From an uncultured Methanoregulaceae archaeon (GTDB lineage Archaea; Halobacteriota; Methanomicrobia; Methanomicrobiales; Methanospirillaceae), in assembly GCA_963841015.1 (NCBI GenBank), contig CAWJAX010000002.1:96001-160000 (forward strand): 64,000 bases of DNA, written 5' to 3'. Positions 1 to 11,706 of this stretch are shown here, one piece after another. A model generated the notes under the pieces. It did not search any database, was not told the DNA's origin, and saw only the letters and a list, made by a program, of their open reading frames with translations. Position numbers and translations under genes: made by a program. Position 1 is the stretch's first letter; each line of letters opens with the position of its first letter.

Positions 1-1871
1 GGGCACCGGTTCTCACTGCAATAGGAGCCAAGTCCGTTGCCGAAGGTCAGCCCCTTACCTTCACTGTATTGGCAACTGACGAAGATACCGCGGATATTCT
101 GTCCTATAATGCTGAAGGTCTCCCGGACGGATCAACCTTTGATCCGGCTACAAAGACGTTCACCTGGACACCCACAGTCAATCAGGGTCAACCAGCACCA
201 TACATGGTAACTTTCAGCGTTTCCGATGGAACTGAAAGCGATACGGAAGTTGTTGCCATCACCGTCACTAACGTCAACCAGCCACCCAATCCACCTACCC
301 TTTCCGGAGATGCGGCTGACGGTTCGATTACCGTGAATGAAAACATACCGGTCTCGTTTACCGTGACCGGCACAGATCCGGATTCCGGGGATACTGCTAT
401 CGTTACAGCCGGTTCCTTACCCCCGGGAGTCAACTTTGACGGTACGTCATTCACATGGACTCCCGACAATTCCCAGGCCGGGACACACCAGATCATATTC
501 ACTGTCACGGATGGTTCCGGAGCAACAAGCACTTTCACTGTCACCATCACCGTCAACAACGTCAACCGGGCACCGGTTCTCACTGCAATAGGAGCCAAGT
601 CCGTTGCCGAAGGTCAGCCCCTTACCTTCACTGTATTGGCAACTGACGAAGATACCGCGGATATTCTGTCCTATAATGCTGAAGGTCTCCCGGACGGATC
701 AACCTTTGATCCGGCTGACAAAGACGTTCACCTGGACACCCACAGTCAATCAGGGTCAACCAGCACCATACATGGTAACTTTCAGCGTTTCCGATGGAAC
801 TGAAAGCGATACGGAAGTTGTTGCCATCACCGTCACTAACGTCAACCAGCCACCCAATCCACCTACCCTTTCCGGAGATGCGGCTGACGGTTCGATTACC
901 GTGAATGAAAACATACCGGTCTCGTTTACCGTGACCGGCACAGATCCGGATTTCGGGGATACTGCTATCGTTACAGCCGGTTCCTTACCCCCGGGAGTTA
1001 ACTTTGACGGTACGTCATTCACATGGACTCCCGACAATTCCCAGGCCGGGACACACCAGATCATATTCACTGTCACGGATGGTTCCGGAGCAACAAGCAC
1101 TTTCACTGTCACCATCACCGTCAACAACGTCAACCGGGCACCGGTTCTCACTGCAATAGGAGCCAAGTCCGTTGCCGAAGGTCAGCCCCTTACCTTCACT
1201 GTATTGGCAACTGACGAAGATACCGCGGATATTCTGTCCTATAATGCTGAAGGTCTCCCGGACGGATCAACCTTTGATCCGGCTACAAAGACGTTCACCT
1301 GGACACCCACAGTCAATCAGGGTCAACCAGCACCATACATGGTAACTTTCAGCGTTTCCGATGGAACTGAAAGCGATACGGAAGTTGTTGCCATCACCGT
1401 CACTAACGTCAACCAGCCACCCAATCCACCTACCCTTTCCGGGGATGCGGCTGACGGTTCGATTACCGTGAATGAAAACATACCGGTCTCGTTTACCGTG
1501 ACCGGCACAGATCCGGATTCCGGGGATACTGCTATCGTTACAGCCGGTTCCTTACCCCCGGGAGTTAACTTTGACGGTACGTCATTCACATGGACTCCCG
1601 ACAATTCCCAGGCCGGGACACACCAGATCATATTCACTGTCACGGATGGTTCCGGAGCAACAAGCACTTTCACTGTCACCATCACCGTCAACAACGTCAA
1701 CCGGGCACCGGTTCTCACTGCAATAGGAGCCAAGTCCGTTGCCGAAGGTCAGCCCCTTACCTTCACTGTATTGGCAACTGACGAAGATATCGCGGATATT
1801 CTGTCCTATAATGCTGAAGGTCTCCCGGACGGATCAACCTTTGATCCGGCTACAAAGACGTTCACCTGGAC
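1..1871 (+). repeat. Near-identical 567-bp intragenic tandem repeat (~3.3 copies visible; units start at 1, 568, 1136, 1703)
   Basis: gggcaccggttctcactgcaatagg recurs at these positions; the units differ by only a few substitutions plus one inserted base. Confidence 0.95.
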
Positions 1872-3159
1872 GCCCACTACTGCCGGTTCATTCACCTTTG
1901 ATGTTGTCGTCTCAGACGGAAATGGTGGAACAGACTCCGAAACGATTACAGTCACGGTAACCGCAGCGAACGTGGCTCCGGTCCTCGGAGCAATTGGTGC
2001 CAAATCCATAATTGCAGGTCAGCAGCTTACCTTCACAGCAACGGCAACCGATGCAAATATACCAGGCTCAGACCCTGACCTTTAGTCTGGCCAATGGGGT
2101 GTCAGGTTCAGTTCCGGCAGGAGCAAGTATTACTCCAGCCGGGGTCTTTACCTGGACGCCCACTACTGCCGGTTCATTCACCTTTGATGTTGTCGTCTCA
2201 GACGGAAATGGTGGAACAGACTCCGAAACGATTACAGTCACGGTAACCGCAGCGAACGTGGCTCCGGTCCTCGGAGCAATTGGTGCCAAATCCATAATTG
2301 CAGGTCAGCAGCTTACCTTCACAGCAACGGCAACCGATGCAAATATACCAGCTCAGCCATTGACCTTCAGTCTGAATGGAGCACCGACCGGAGCGAGTAT
2401 CACTTTAGCCGGTGTCTTTACCTGGACGCCCGCGACTGCTGGTTCATACACCTTTGATGTCAGGGTCTCAGACGGAAATGGTGGAACTGACTCTGAGACA
2501 ATAACGGTCACGGTCACCTCAACATCCCCTAACGTCATACCCGTCGTAAACGCCGGCCCGGATAAGAACGTTACTAAAGGATTACCTTTCGTATCGTCAG
2601 GTTCATTCACCGATCCGGATGCTGACACTTGGACTGCAACGGTCAATTATGGGGATTCCACCGGCACCACGAATCTCGCCCTCTATACCAACAAGACCTT
2701 CGCGTTCATTCACACCTATACTGCACCGGGCAGTTTACTGTTAGAGTCAATGTCACGGATAATAAAGGTGGAAAAGGCACTGATATCGCCAATGTCACGG
2801 TCAATGCGTATGCATTTGATGGATTTTATCAACCGATTGATATGGGAGTTACGAATAGTGCTAATGCCGGAAAGACCATCCCAACGAAATGGCACTTATC
2901 GAATGTAAGTGGAGATGTTGCCGATCCTGCAAGTTTCATCGCACTTAAGTCGATTGCTATAAGCTGCAATCAATTAACTCCCATGACTGATGCAATAGAG
3001 GAATATTCAGAAAGTAATTCTGGCCTTCAATATTTAGGAAATGGTAACTGGCACTATAACTGGAAGACCCTGAAATCCTATGCCGGAACATGCCGGAATA
3101 TGTATGTTGAATTCAAGGGAGGCCAGAAATCACCCGTGGTCTCATTCAAATTCAAATGA
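1..3159 (+). CDS. Large repetitive surface/secreted protein (5' end outside window): tandem putative-Ig (He_PIG/cadherin-like) domains, PKD-like domain, C-terminal PxKF-type domain
   Basis: ORFs 69-803, 604-2085, 2012-2908 and 2629-3159 join across single-base indels near 716, 2064 and 2731. The one at 716 is shown by comparison with sister repeats (ccggctGaca vs ccggctaca). Repeated NxAPVL...ATDxD...FTWTP...VSDG motifs; C-terminal GFYQPID...AGKTIPTKW...VSFKFK. Confidence 0.85.
1865..2520 (+). repeat. Second intragenic repeat of ~270-285 bp (cctggacgcc... at 1865, 2151, 2421)
   Basis: FTWTPTTAGSFTFDVVVSDGNGGTDSETITVTVTAANVAPVLGAIGAKS is repeated nearly verbatim; the third copy is diverged. 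Confidence 0.9.
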
Positions 3160-3304
3160 GAAGTCAGTATTATTATAAATATTTCTCATTTTTTACAACG
3201 TAAAAACACAAATGATATCTAGTGATTATTTTGTAATACATACTACTAAAAAATAAAAAAAACACATTTAGCTATTCGATGGTTTTTTTAAGGAGATCTA
3301 ACCT

Positions 3305-3469
3305 GATTATTTCCCGACCGAAGAGACCATCGGGGCATTTGCAGAGACTGCAACAACGATCATCTCGGCAGTCTGTGCAGAACGGTTCGAACCTGCCCAG
3401 GCATACCAGACCTGCAGGTTCTGTGACTATGCTGATTTATGTGAGAGGAAAGAGGCGGGAGGGGAGTGA
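3305..3469 (+). pseudogene. Orphan 3' end of a PD-(D/E)XK (AddB/RecB/Cas4-like) nuclease or helicase-nuclease gene
   Basis: Frame absent from the ORF track reads DYFPTEETIGAFAETATTIISAVCAERFEPAQAYQTCRFCDYADLCERKEAGGE*. CxxC-x5-C is the typical C-terminal Fe-S motif. No start codon; AT-rich DNA upstream. Confidence 0.7.
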
Positions 3470-3518
3470 TTGAAGGAAATTGAATTTTTAGTCTGATGTA
3501 TCATCCACACTGAGGTAA

Positions 3519-5808
3519 TCAACCCGGTTTTTTACCTTTTTTCCCTCCACCCTCTTCTGTTTTAATTCGCCCGCTCATATTTCTGATAAAACCGAGAAGC
3601 GCTTTTTTGCCTTTCCAGGTGATCGCAGTGCCGCTTGCTTCTATCTCGATCAGGTGGCCGTCGTGATGCCTGATCCTGGTCTGGAAGATGGCAGGTGCCG
3701 GTTCCCCGCTGAATGCTTTTCTCACGACTTCGAGCAGATCAACAACAGACTCCGGAGAGATAAACCGGATAAACGATGCCCCGGTAAGCTCTTCAACGGT
3801 ATATCCGGCCATGTGTGCAAGACAGGGATTGACATACTCGAACCTCCCGTCACGGATAATAGCGATCCCCTCGCTTGCACCTTCTGCGACAATACGGTAC
3901 TTTTCTTCGCTTTCCTGGAGTGCTTCTTCAATCCTCTTGCGGTCAGTAATGTCCCTGACATATTCGATAACATACGACACATGGCCCTGGAGATCTTTGA
4001 TAGGGAATGCCCGGACTTCGCGAATCCGGCCATCTGCAGGATTTATCATCTCCTGTTCTGACATGTTCCCTGTTTCAAAGACCGGGCGGGCGCTGCAGAT
4101 TTCGCAGGGTTCATCCAGCAACTTAAACCGTCCGTAACAGGTTTTGCTTCTTTCCGGATCGCTCTGGTGGATCAGGTCGTGCCCTTTGGCATTTGTGTAC
4201 ATGATGTTATAGTTCCTGTCGATGACTATCAGAAGATCGGGTACCGCATCAAATACGCTCTGCATGAGAAGGCGTGAGGTCTGCAGGTTCTCTTCTGTAC
4301 ATTTTCGACCGGTAATGTCAATGAGCGACGCAATGCTCCTTTTTGTGCCCGGAAACATTTCAATGGTAAGAAGAATATTACGGATATCTTCGGATTTTGT
4401 GAGGAGCCGGAACTCATAGTGGCTGAGAGCCTCACTGGATCCTGCCCGTCGGAGTTTATGTTGTTCGATCATCCGGGGAAGGTCTTCTTTATGCACGAAT
4501 TCTGTCCATGACTTCCGGCTGTCAATATCATCCTGGGAATATCCGGTCAAACTGAAAAATTCTTTATTGGCAAAACCGACCGTAGTATCCTCTTCGATGA
4601 TCACCATTGCGGTGCCGGTGTGCTCAAAGATGGTCCGGTACCGGATTTCACTCTCCTTCAGTGCACTTTCTGTCCGTTTGCGATCGGTTACATCACGGAA
4701 ACTCCACACTCTCCCGACAACCGTTTCTCCAAGTTTCTGCGGTTGGGAGTAGCGTTCAAAAACACGTCCGTCCTTGAATCTTAGTACATCAGAACTGAAC
4801 TCAAGCGGGTTATTGTATAATTCCTGAACTTTCAATAAAAAATCATCCGGATCTGTCAGTTGACTGAGCACATGATTGATCGCTGTAGTATCATCACTTG
4901 TTTCAAGAATAGAGTGAGGGATTTGCCACATCTCGGCAAATTTCTGATTATAGTTTACGATCTTTCCCGTGCGATCGATCACCAGGAGACCGTCAGCGGT
5001 GGATTCAAGGGTAGACTTCTAATAATGAAAGCGCCTGCAGGGTTGCCTGCTCTGCCGCTTTGCGTTCAGTGATGTCAACAAGCACTCCCCTGAGTCCCAC
5101 CGGAATATTTTCCTGCATAATTGGTACTGAATAGGTAATAACAGGAAATGTGCTCCCATCTTTCCTTTTTGCAGTGTACTCAAGAGCCCCGGACGGTTCT
5201 CCGCGTAAGATTTTCCTGATATTTTCTCCAATACGCTGATGATCATCCTCAGAAAATACTGCAAAGACCGTGACTCCTTTTTCCAGATCTTCCGGGGTAT
5301 ATCCAAAGGTTTTCAATGCAACAGGATTGATAGAGGTGATGGTCAGCGTTTGATCAATTTCAAAAACGGTCTGGGGTAATAAATCAACGAGTTGCCGGTA
5401 TCTTGCCTCACTCTTCCGCAGTTCATCCTCAGTACGCCTTCTGTTTACTGCCTGCAGAATCTTATGTTTAAGCTCCACAAACTGTGCTTTCGGATCTCCG
5501 CCTTTCTGGAGATAGAAATCCGCCCCGCTGTTAATCGCTTCGATGACAACTTCTTCCCGCCCTTTCCCGGTAAAAAGGATGAACGGGATGGTGCTTGTTG
5601 CACGGATGTTTTTGAGAAATTCGATTCCATCCATCCCGGGCATCTGATAGTCCGAGACAATGGCATCATAGGTCTTTTTCTCCATCTGCTCTATTCCCTG
5701 ACGTGCGGAAATTGCAATATCGACTGAACAATCTCCCGAATGTTCCAGGAACAGCTTCCCGATATCAAGCAGCATTTCTTCATCATCGACATACAGGACC
5801 GAGAGCAT
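3519..5808 (-). CDS. Response-regulator receiver + ~5 PAS/PAC domain protein, no recognisable output domain
   Basis: VLYVDDE...IVSDYQMPGMDG...FTGKG...YLQKG receiver; repeated DITERK/DVTDRK PAC ends; ORFs 5005-5808 and 3519-4982 join through one indel near 5018 (...ESTLESTADGLLVIDRTG). Confidence 0.9.
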
Positions 5809-6097
5809 GGAATTCTCCTTATATTTTACCGTAAGCGGTTATGGGTCTTCTTGCAGGTTGGGTTTGTTATTGATATTCATCGATGATCCTAAAAAAAGAG
5901 ATGGGTCAATTCCTTTGGCGTGCGAATCCAATTCATCTTAAAATACTACAATTCTAAAAAATCTGCCTCTGTTCTCCGGATTTTTTACCGAAATGAACCA
6001 GGGAATATTTCATGAATATCCCACATGACAGATAAAAAAACGCAATCATTTTTTATAGGGATTGAAATTGATAGTGTAGCGTGAGCATCCGGAGAGG

Positions 6098-8621
6098 ATG
6101 ACTGCAAGGAACGGGACGGGCATGTATCGCGACGCCACACTCTCTGAAGAGGAGATTCTGAAGCATTTCGATACCTCGCTTTCCGAAGGGTTATCCTCAC
6201 GCCAGGCAGAGGATCGTCTCGCAACGGCGGGATACAATGAGGTCACCGCCAGGCAGGTCCCGTGGTGGGAGATAGCGCTTCGGCAGTTCAAATCAGCATT
6301 CATCTACCTGCTCCTGATTGCCGCAGCCATTGTCTTTGTCATTGGCGAGTATCTCGACGCGGGTATCATCCTCGGTTTTGTGATCATTAACGCTGCGCTC
6401 GGGTTTTACCAGGAGTACAAATCCGAGCTGTCCCTTCGGGCACTCCAGCAGTTTATCACCCCCAGATGCAGGGTGAAACGGGACTCGCTCTGGCATACGA
6501 TCAATTCCCGGAACCTGGTGCCGGGAGATATCATCAGACTGGGGACAGGAGATGCAGTGCCGGCCGATGTCCGTATCCTCAGCATGCATAACCTCGTCGT
6601 CAATGAGACGACCCTGACCGGTGAATCTGTCCCGGTCCCAAAGCGTCCCGATACCCTCGCAACAGAGCCAAAAAGCATCTACGAGAGCCACAACCTCTGC
6701 TTCAGCGGCACCTCCGTGGTGGGGGGTGACGCCATCGCACTGGTACTGGAGACCGGTGCGCATACCGCTATGGGGACTATTGCACGACTGACCGTGGAGA
6801 CGACCAAGGAGAGTGAATTCTCCAAAGGTATCGAACAGTTCAGCCGGTTTATCCTGCGGATGATCCTCGTCACCCTTGTCTTCATCTTCGTGGCAAACCT
6901 GCTGATCAAAGGAGAGAGTGTCGATCTCACCGAGCTCGTCGTCTTTTCTATCGCTCTCGTGGTGAGCGTAGTCCCGGAAGCCCTCCCGGTCGTGACCACG
7001 GTGTCGCTCTCCCGGGGTGCACTCGAGCTCGCAAAGCAGGGAGTCATCGTCAAGCGGCTTACAGCGATTGAGGATATCGGGAGTATTGAGGTGCTCTGCT
7101 CGGACAAGACCGGGACCCTCACGGAAAACACCCTGCAGGTCACGGAGATGTCCCCCGGGGCGCATCCCGGGCTGCTGCAGTATGCCTCGCTTACCGTGGC
7201 GGATACCGAGGAAAAGACAGAACCGTTCGATATCGCCATTGTGGCTGCAAAAAAAGAGCGACACACATCAGAAAGCTCCCCACCGGAGCGCCTCGCTGAG
7301 ATACCGTTTGATCCACAGCGCCGCATGAACGCGGTGCTGGTCCGGGACCATGCGCAGACCGTGATGATCGTTCGCGGTGCACCCGAAGAGGTCATCCACC
7401 TCTCACCGTCACTACCAGGACCAGACCGGGCGGCGCTTGCTGCCTGGCTTTCTGAAAAAGGGAAAGCAGGGGAGCGTACCATCGCTCTTGCAAAAAAGGT
7501 CCTGCCGCCCGGAACAGCAGGCATCTCCCCGGAGGATGAACAGGACCTTGAGTTTCTCGGTGCTATTGCGTTTACCGATCCGATCAAACCGTCCGCACAG
7601 ACTGCCGTGAAGAAGGCAAAAGACCTTGGGGTATCGATCAAGATCATCACCGGGGACAGCTGCGAGGTTGCCGGGGCCGTGGGTGTACGGATAGGGCTCC
7701 TTGATGATCCGACCCGCGTGCTCAGTGGTTCTGCGTTGATGGCGATGCCCGCCGATAAGCGTGAGCAGGCCGTGAAGGAGCATGCGGTCATCGCACGGGT
7801 TACCCCCGAGCAGAAATACGAGATCATACGTATACTCCAGGGTTCCTTCACGGTCGGGTTCCTGGGAGAGGGTATAAACGATGCACCGGCGCTTAAGCTG
7901 GCCGGGGTGTCTCTTGCCGTGGACAGCGCTGCCGATATTGCCCGTGAGGCGGCTGATATTATTCTGCTGAAAAAGGACCTCGAAGTGATTATCGAGGGAA
8001 TCCGGAGCGGAAGAGCGGTGTTTGCCAACACCGTAAAGTATCTCAAGGCGACCCTTGCCTCCAATTTCGGGAATTTCTATGCCCTTGCCATATCATCGCT
8101 GTTCATCAGTTTCCTGCCCATGCTGCCGCTCCAGATCCTGCTGCTGAACCTGCTGTCTGATTTCCCCATGATCTCGATCGCCACCGACACGGTTGACGCC
8201 GCAGAACTTACCAAACCAAAAAAGTACGAGATTAAGGAGATTGTGCTTATTGCCACCCTGCTTGGCGTGGTGAGCACGGTCTTTGACTTCATGTTCTTTG
8301 CCGTCTTTGTGAATCAGGGGGCCGATATCCTGCAGACCAACTGGTTCATGGGCAGCGTCCTGACCGAGCTCGCGTTTCTCTTCTCTGTCAGGACCCGACT
8401 GCCCTTCTACAAGGCAAGCCGGCCATCAACGATAGTCCTGGCACTGACAGGGTTTGCCGGAGCCATGGCCATTGTACTGCCCTACACCTTCTTTGGGCAG
8501 ACCGCGTTCCACTTCGTTCCACCTACTGCTATGCAACTGGGCGTTATCTTTGGCCTGGTCGGGGCGTTCTTCGTGTGTGCTGAACTGGTGAAAGAACTTT
8601 TATTACCGCTTCACGAACTAA
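6098..8621 (+). CDS. mgtA: Mg2+-importing P-type ATPase (MgtA-like)
   Basis: LTGES, VPEALP, CSDKTGTLT, ITGD, GEGINDAPAL and SNFGN motifs; GGAGAGG before ATG 6098. A probable indel near 8595 gives the true end ...YYRFTN* at 8621. Confidence 0.88.
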
Positions 8622-8672
8622 AAAAAAATTCATGGAAAGGTTATAGCCAATATCTGGCAGCAGCAAAACAGT

Positions 8673-9113
8673 GTGGTGGCAGGAATCGCAGCACTGGCCG
8701 CAATCGTTGTCGTTGGGGCCACGGTGATCGTGCGTAAAAGAGAACAGGAAAAGAGCGGACGGAATGAAAGAATCCTTATAAGTCTTAACGATATAAAAAA
8801 CAAAAAAAGTTCAATTAAAAAAAGTGATACAGAATACAAAAAACCTGAAGAGACAAAAAACTATAGGGAGAGATGTTTCCTGACATTCAAAAACGACATC
8901 ACCGGGAACTGGAAACGGGGATTATGGGCGGTCGGGATCTTCATTGCGGTCTGGATCGTGGTATATTTTATCGCATTCATGACCGCACTGGGCAATGATA
9001 CACCGTTTGCCAGAATGACCCTCAAAGGCGTTGAACTGTTTGCTATCGTTGCAAATCCGCTGTGGGGAATTCCCATCGCTTTCCTTATCGGAGTGTATAG
9101 CAAAAGGAAGTGA
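8673..9113 (+). CDS. Hypothetical membrane protein (start uncertain)
   Basis: Three hydrophobic segments; Lys-rich middle. Confidence 0.5.
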   Translation: MVAGIAALAAIVVVGATVIVRKREQEKSGRNERILISLNDIKNKKSSIKKSDTEYKKPEETKNYRERCFLTFKNDITGNWKRGLWAVGIFIAVWIVVYFIAFMTALGNDTPFARMTLKGVELFAIVANPLWGIPIAFLIGVYSKRK

Positions 9114-9150
9114 TCCTGATTCCCCCATCACTCCCAGAGAAGAATCCGGG

Positions 9151-9537
9151 TTATCCCTGCTGCGACACCGGCTCGTTCCGGGTCCGGTTCAGGTAGAGGC
9201 CGACTCCAACCGGGATGAGGAACGTGACAGTATGGTACACAAAAACATCCGTTTCATAATAGCTGGCCTGGAACAGCAGGACGATAAACAGGTAGTCAAG
9301 CAGGACGGCGATCAGAACCCATGCGATCCCAATCCCGGCGTAGTACTGCAGGGGGAGAGGCTCCCGCTTCCCGAACCACCACCATGCAATCACAATAGTG
9401 ACCGGGGTGAAGATGGCAATGAGGATCCAGCCCATGATTCCCGCATAGGGGGTATAAAACAGCACCAGTGACGCGAGATACCCGATTAACCAGAGAGCCG
9501 TGCCAAGGCCTGCGGTATCGATAATCCACTGTTTCAT
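9151..9537 (-). CDS. Conserved 4-TM hypothetical membrane protein
   Basis: MKQWIIDTAGLGTALWLIGY... with four hydrophobic helices. Confidence 0.75.
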   Translation of the reverse strand: MKQWIIDTAGLGTALWLIGYLASLVLFYTPYAGIMGWILIAIFTPVTIVIAWWWFGKREPLPLQYYAGIGIAWVLIAVLLDYLFIVLLFQASYYETDVFVYHTVTFLIPVGVGLYLNRTRNEPVSQQG

Positions 9538-9733
9538 ACAGGGTGTTTGACCGTTTCGCATTCTTGTACTTTATGCTGATTTCCAAAGATCCGGATCCGC
9601 AGGAAGATTACAAAGCAGGTATACTACTCCCTGCCTGCAGGTTTTTGCAATTACGCGGACCTGTGCAGGCTGCCGGAGGAAGGGAAGGCGAAAAATGAGA
9701 GTTCTCTTTACATTGCTGGTTCACGCCGGTTTT

Positions 9734-9931
9734 TTAGCGGTGCAGCAGGTAATCATGTCCTTTTTTACCGATGATGAGAAGAACAATTCCAAAGAATCCA
9801 TAAATTACCAGTAACGGGATAATTGTTGATGAAATTGTCTGAGATGAGGACGTGCTATCGGTCGTAAACGACATGATATACACCAGTGCGCCAATAACCA
9901 TTATCATAAAGAGCAAGGCCACTTTTTTCAT
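9734..9931 (-). CDS. Small 2-TM hypothetical protein
   Basis: 65 aa, two hydrophobic segments, purine-rich RBS-like sequence upstream. Confidence 0.6.
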   Translation of the reverse strand: MKKVALLFMIMVIGALVYIMSFTTDSTSSSQTISSTIIPLLVIYGFFGIVLLIIGKKGHDYLLHR

Positions 9932-10100
9932 AGTTCGGATTTCCCCCTTTTTTGACCATTCATGCTGGATTCAACCTTTCATGGCTTAAGCCAACAATAC
10001 CTGTCCTGAAAAGATAATAAAGTCTGGCGAGGCACTGTCGCAATGCAAGACACCGGGCAGTCATGGGGTAACTGGCACCAGCACACCGTAAACCCCCACT

Positions 10101-10544
10101 TCAGGAGAGCATCATGCCATGCAACACAGGGTTGCAATGCCATGCAGAAGGGATTATAGAATTTACAAAAAAGGAATCACCCGGTTTTCCCGGCCAACTC
10201 CCCTCCTGTATCATCCCGCCTTTGCTTCCGCTCCATTCCTGCTCGTCATTCATCAAATTGCAGACCTGTATTTTGAGAACCGGTAATTCTTCGTGAACGC
10301 TATTCCAGAGTAAATGCCAGTCCACACGAAAATACCGGGAAGTAACAATACCCCTGATCCCTTCATGGCCACTCCAGTCCACTTCAGGAGGGGCTGCGAT
10401 CAGGGATTCCGGCAGGTTTTTTGAGGCTTCCCAAGGACCTGAATATTTTATAAGGATCGTATCCTTTGTCCGTTCATCGGCCATCAGCTGATCCAGTATG
10501 TCGGATGTATCCCGCATGTTCCTGATAGAATAGAGGTACTTCAT
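10101..10544 (-). CDS. Degenerate DUF86/HepT-like (HEPN) ribonuclease, orphan
   Basis: EASKNLP...PEVDW...GIRGIVTSRYFRVDWHLLW...EELPVLK follows the DUF86 pattern, but the RxxxxH histidine is missing and no MNT partner is adjacent. Confidence 0.65.
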   Translation of the reverse strand: MKYLYSIRNMRDTSDILDQLMADERTKDTILIKYSGPWEASKNLPESLIAAPPEVDWSGHEGIRGIVTSRYFRVDWHLLWNSVHEELPVLKIQVCNLMNDEQEWSGSKGGMIQEGSWPGKPGDSFFVNSIIPSAWHCNPVLHGMMLS

Positions 10545-10652
10545 ATGTGAGCTATATGAGGGGTGTGGAAAAAACCAATTTTCAACTTCTCAAAACCTTA
10601 TTATTATATCGCATAAAAAAAGATTCATATTCGTTCATTTGGGGGGGGGAAG

Positions 10653-11189
10653 ATTCCGTTCTGTCCGGAATGCGGCTGCAGTGTCAAAATTGAGGATCAG
10701 TTCTGCGAGAGCTGCGGTACTGCTCTTTCGAAAACAGGGTTCCCGGTCCCTCCGCAGCCCTATATGCCTCCTCCTCCACAACCAACCCCACATCTTACTC
10801 CAGGGACACCTTTAGCCGGCCAGCCCCTGCCGGTCCGGCATAAGAGTGCTGGCCTTGCCGCTCTCGGGTCACTCTTGTTTTCCGGTCTCGGCCAGGTGTA
10901 CAACGGGCAGCTGCGAAAAGGAGTAGCGATATTTTTTGGAACCATCGCCGGTGTGCTCATGTTCGTTGTGCCCGGGCTCATCATATGGATGTTCGGGGTG
11001 GCAGATGCCTGGCAGACGGCAAAGAAAATGAATGAAGGCAAAATCCCCTTCCAGGAGCACAGCTGGCGCCAGATCATCGCTTTCTTCATGTATTCCTTTG
11101 TCATGGGATACCTCGTCTATTCGCTCCTTATGGTACTCCTGGGGATGATCAACGAAGGGGTTTTTTCTGAGATGATGATGTCATACTGA
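10653..11189 (+). CDS. Zinc-ribbon + Pro-rich linker + TM2-like membrane protein
   Basis: ORF 10764-11189 extends in frame upstream to IPFCPECG...FCESCG; KSAGLAALGSLLFSGLGQVYNGQ motif. No canonical in-frame start (ATT at 10653, or an error in the G9 run). Confidence 0.75.
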   Translation: MPFCPECGCSVKIEDQFCESCGTALSKTGFPVPPQPYMPPPPQPTPHLTPGTPLAGQPLPVRHKSAGLAALGSLLFSGLGQVYNGQLRKGVAIFFGTIAGVLMFVVPGLIIWMFGVADAWQTAKKMNEGKIPFQEHSWRQIIAFFMYSFVMGYLVYSLLMVLLGMINEGVFSEMMMSY

Positions 11190-11294
11190 CAGGCGGCCAC
11201 TAAATAACAGGCATTGCAGTATCGTACCAGCAAAAAAAAATGGCAGAATCAAACCGTGATTTTGTTGGTCCCGGCAAAAAAACAAAAAAACAGA

Positions 11295-11684
11295 TCAGGT
11301 ACGTCTTCTGCCGCATTTCCCACAGAATTTCGCACCGGGCTTAATCGGGTTACCACAGGCAGCGCAAACTGAAGACGGCGGAGGGGGCGCGGTCACTGGA
11401 GCGGCAGGGGCCCCGCAGTTGCTGCAGAATTTTTTACCGGGTGTTACCGGTTTACCGCAACCAGGGCAGGTAGATGGAGTTGCCACGGTCTGAATCGGTT
11501 GTGGCGATGGAGAAGGAGAAGAATCAACTGCCGCTGCTTCAGGTTGGGAAGAAACATTGCACGCTATCAGATTTCCGGCGGGATCATAACGGTACGTCAT
11601 TACTCTCCCATTATCGTATCGCACACTCGACAGGCGGTTCCGACCATCATACGTATAGATTATTTTTCCTAGTGAATCTTTCAT
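11295..11684 (-). CDS. Small protein with 2 YD/RHS repeats, Pro/Ser linker and double zinc ribbon (DZR)
   Basis: YTYDGRNRL...YRYDPAGNL; CPGCG...FCSNCG...CAACG...FCGKCG; AAGGGG RBS-like sequence upstream. Confidence 0.85.
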   Translation of the reverse strand: MKDSLGKIIYTYDGRNRLSSVRYDNGRVMTYRYDPAGNLIACNVSSQPEAAAVDSSPSPSPQPIQTVATPSTCPGCGKPVTPGKKFCSNCGAPAAPVTAPPPPSSVCAACGNPIKPGAKFCGKCGRRRT

Positions 11685-11706
11685 AAACTATTACCCCTTC
11701 TTCAGA

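Noticed and set aside
188-2646. Repeated antisense and alternative-frame ORFs (136 aa x3, 63 aa x3)
   Set aside because: They are shadows of the repetitive surface-protein gene.
3305-3469. cas4 gene / CRISPR locus
   Set aside because: Only a terminal Cys motif shared with AddB-type nucleases is present; there are no other cas genes.
3279-3473. 64-aa ORF as a real gene
   Set aside because: An overlapping frame carries the recognisable nuclease tail; this frame has no features.
3519-5808. Hybrid histidine kinase
   Set aside because: No HisKA or HATPase motifs; output-less REC-PAS proteins are common in Methanomicrobiales.
6293-8064. Long antisense ORFs over mgtA (also 61583-62698 over DUF2193)
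   Set aside because: No motifs; typical shadow ORFs of GC3-rich genes.
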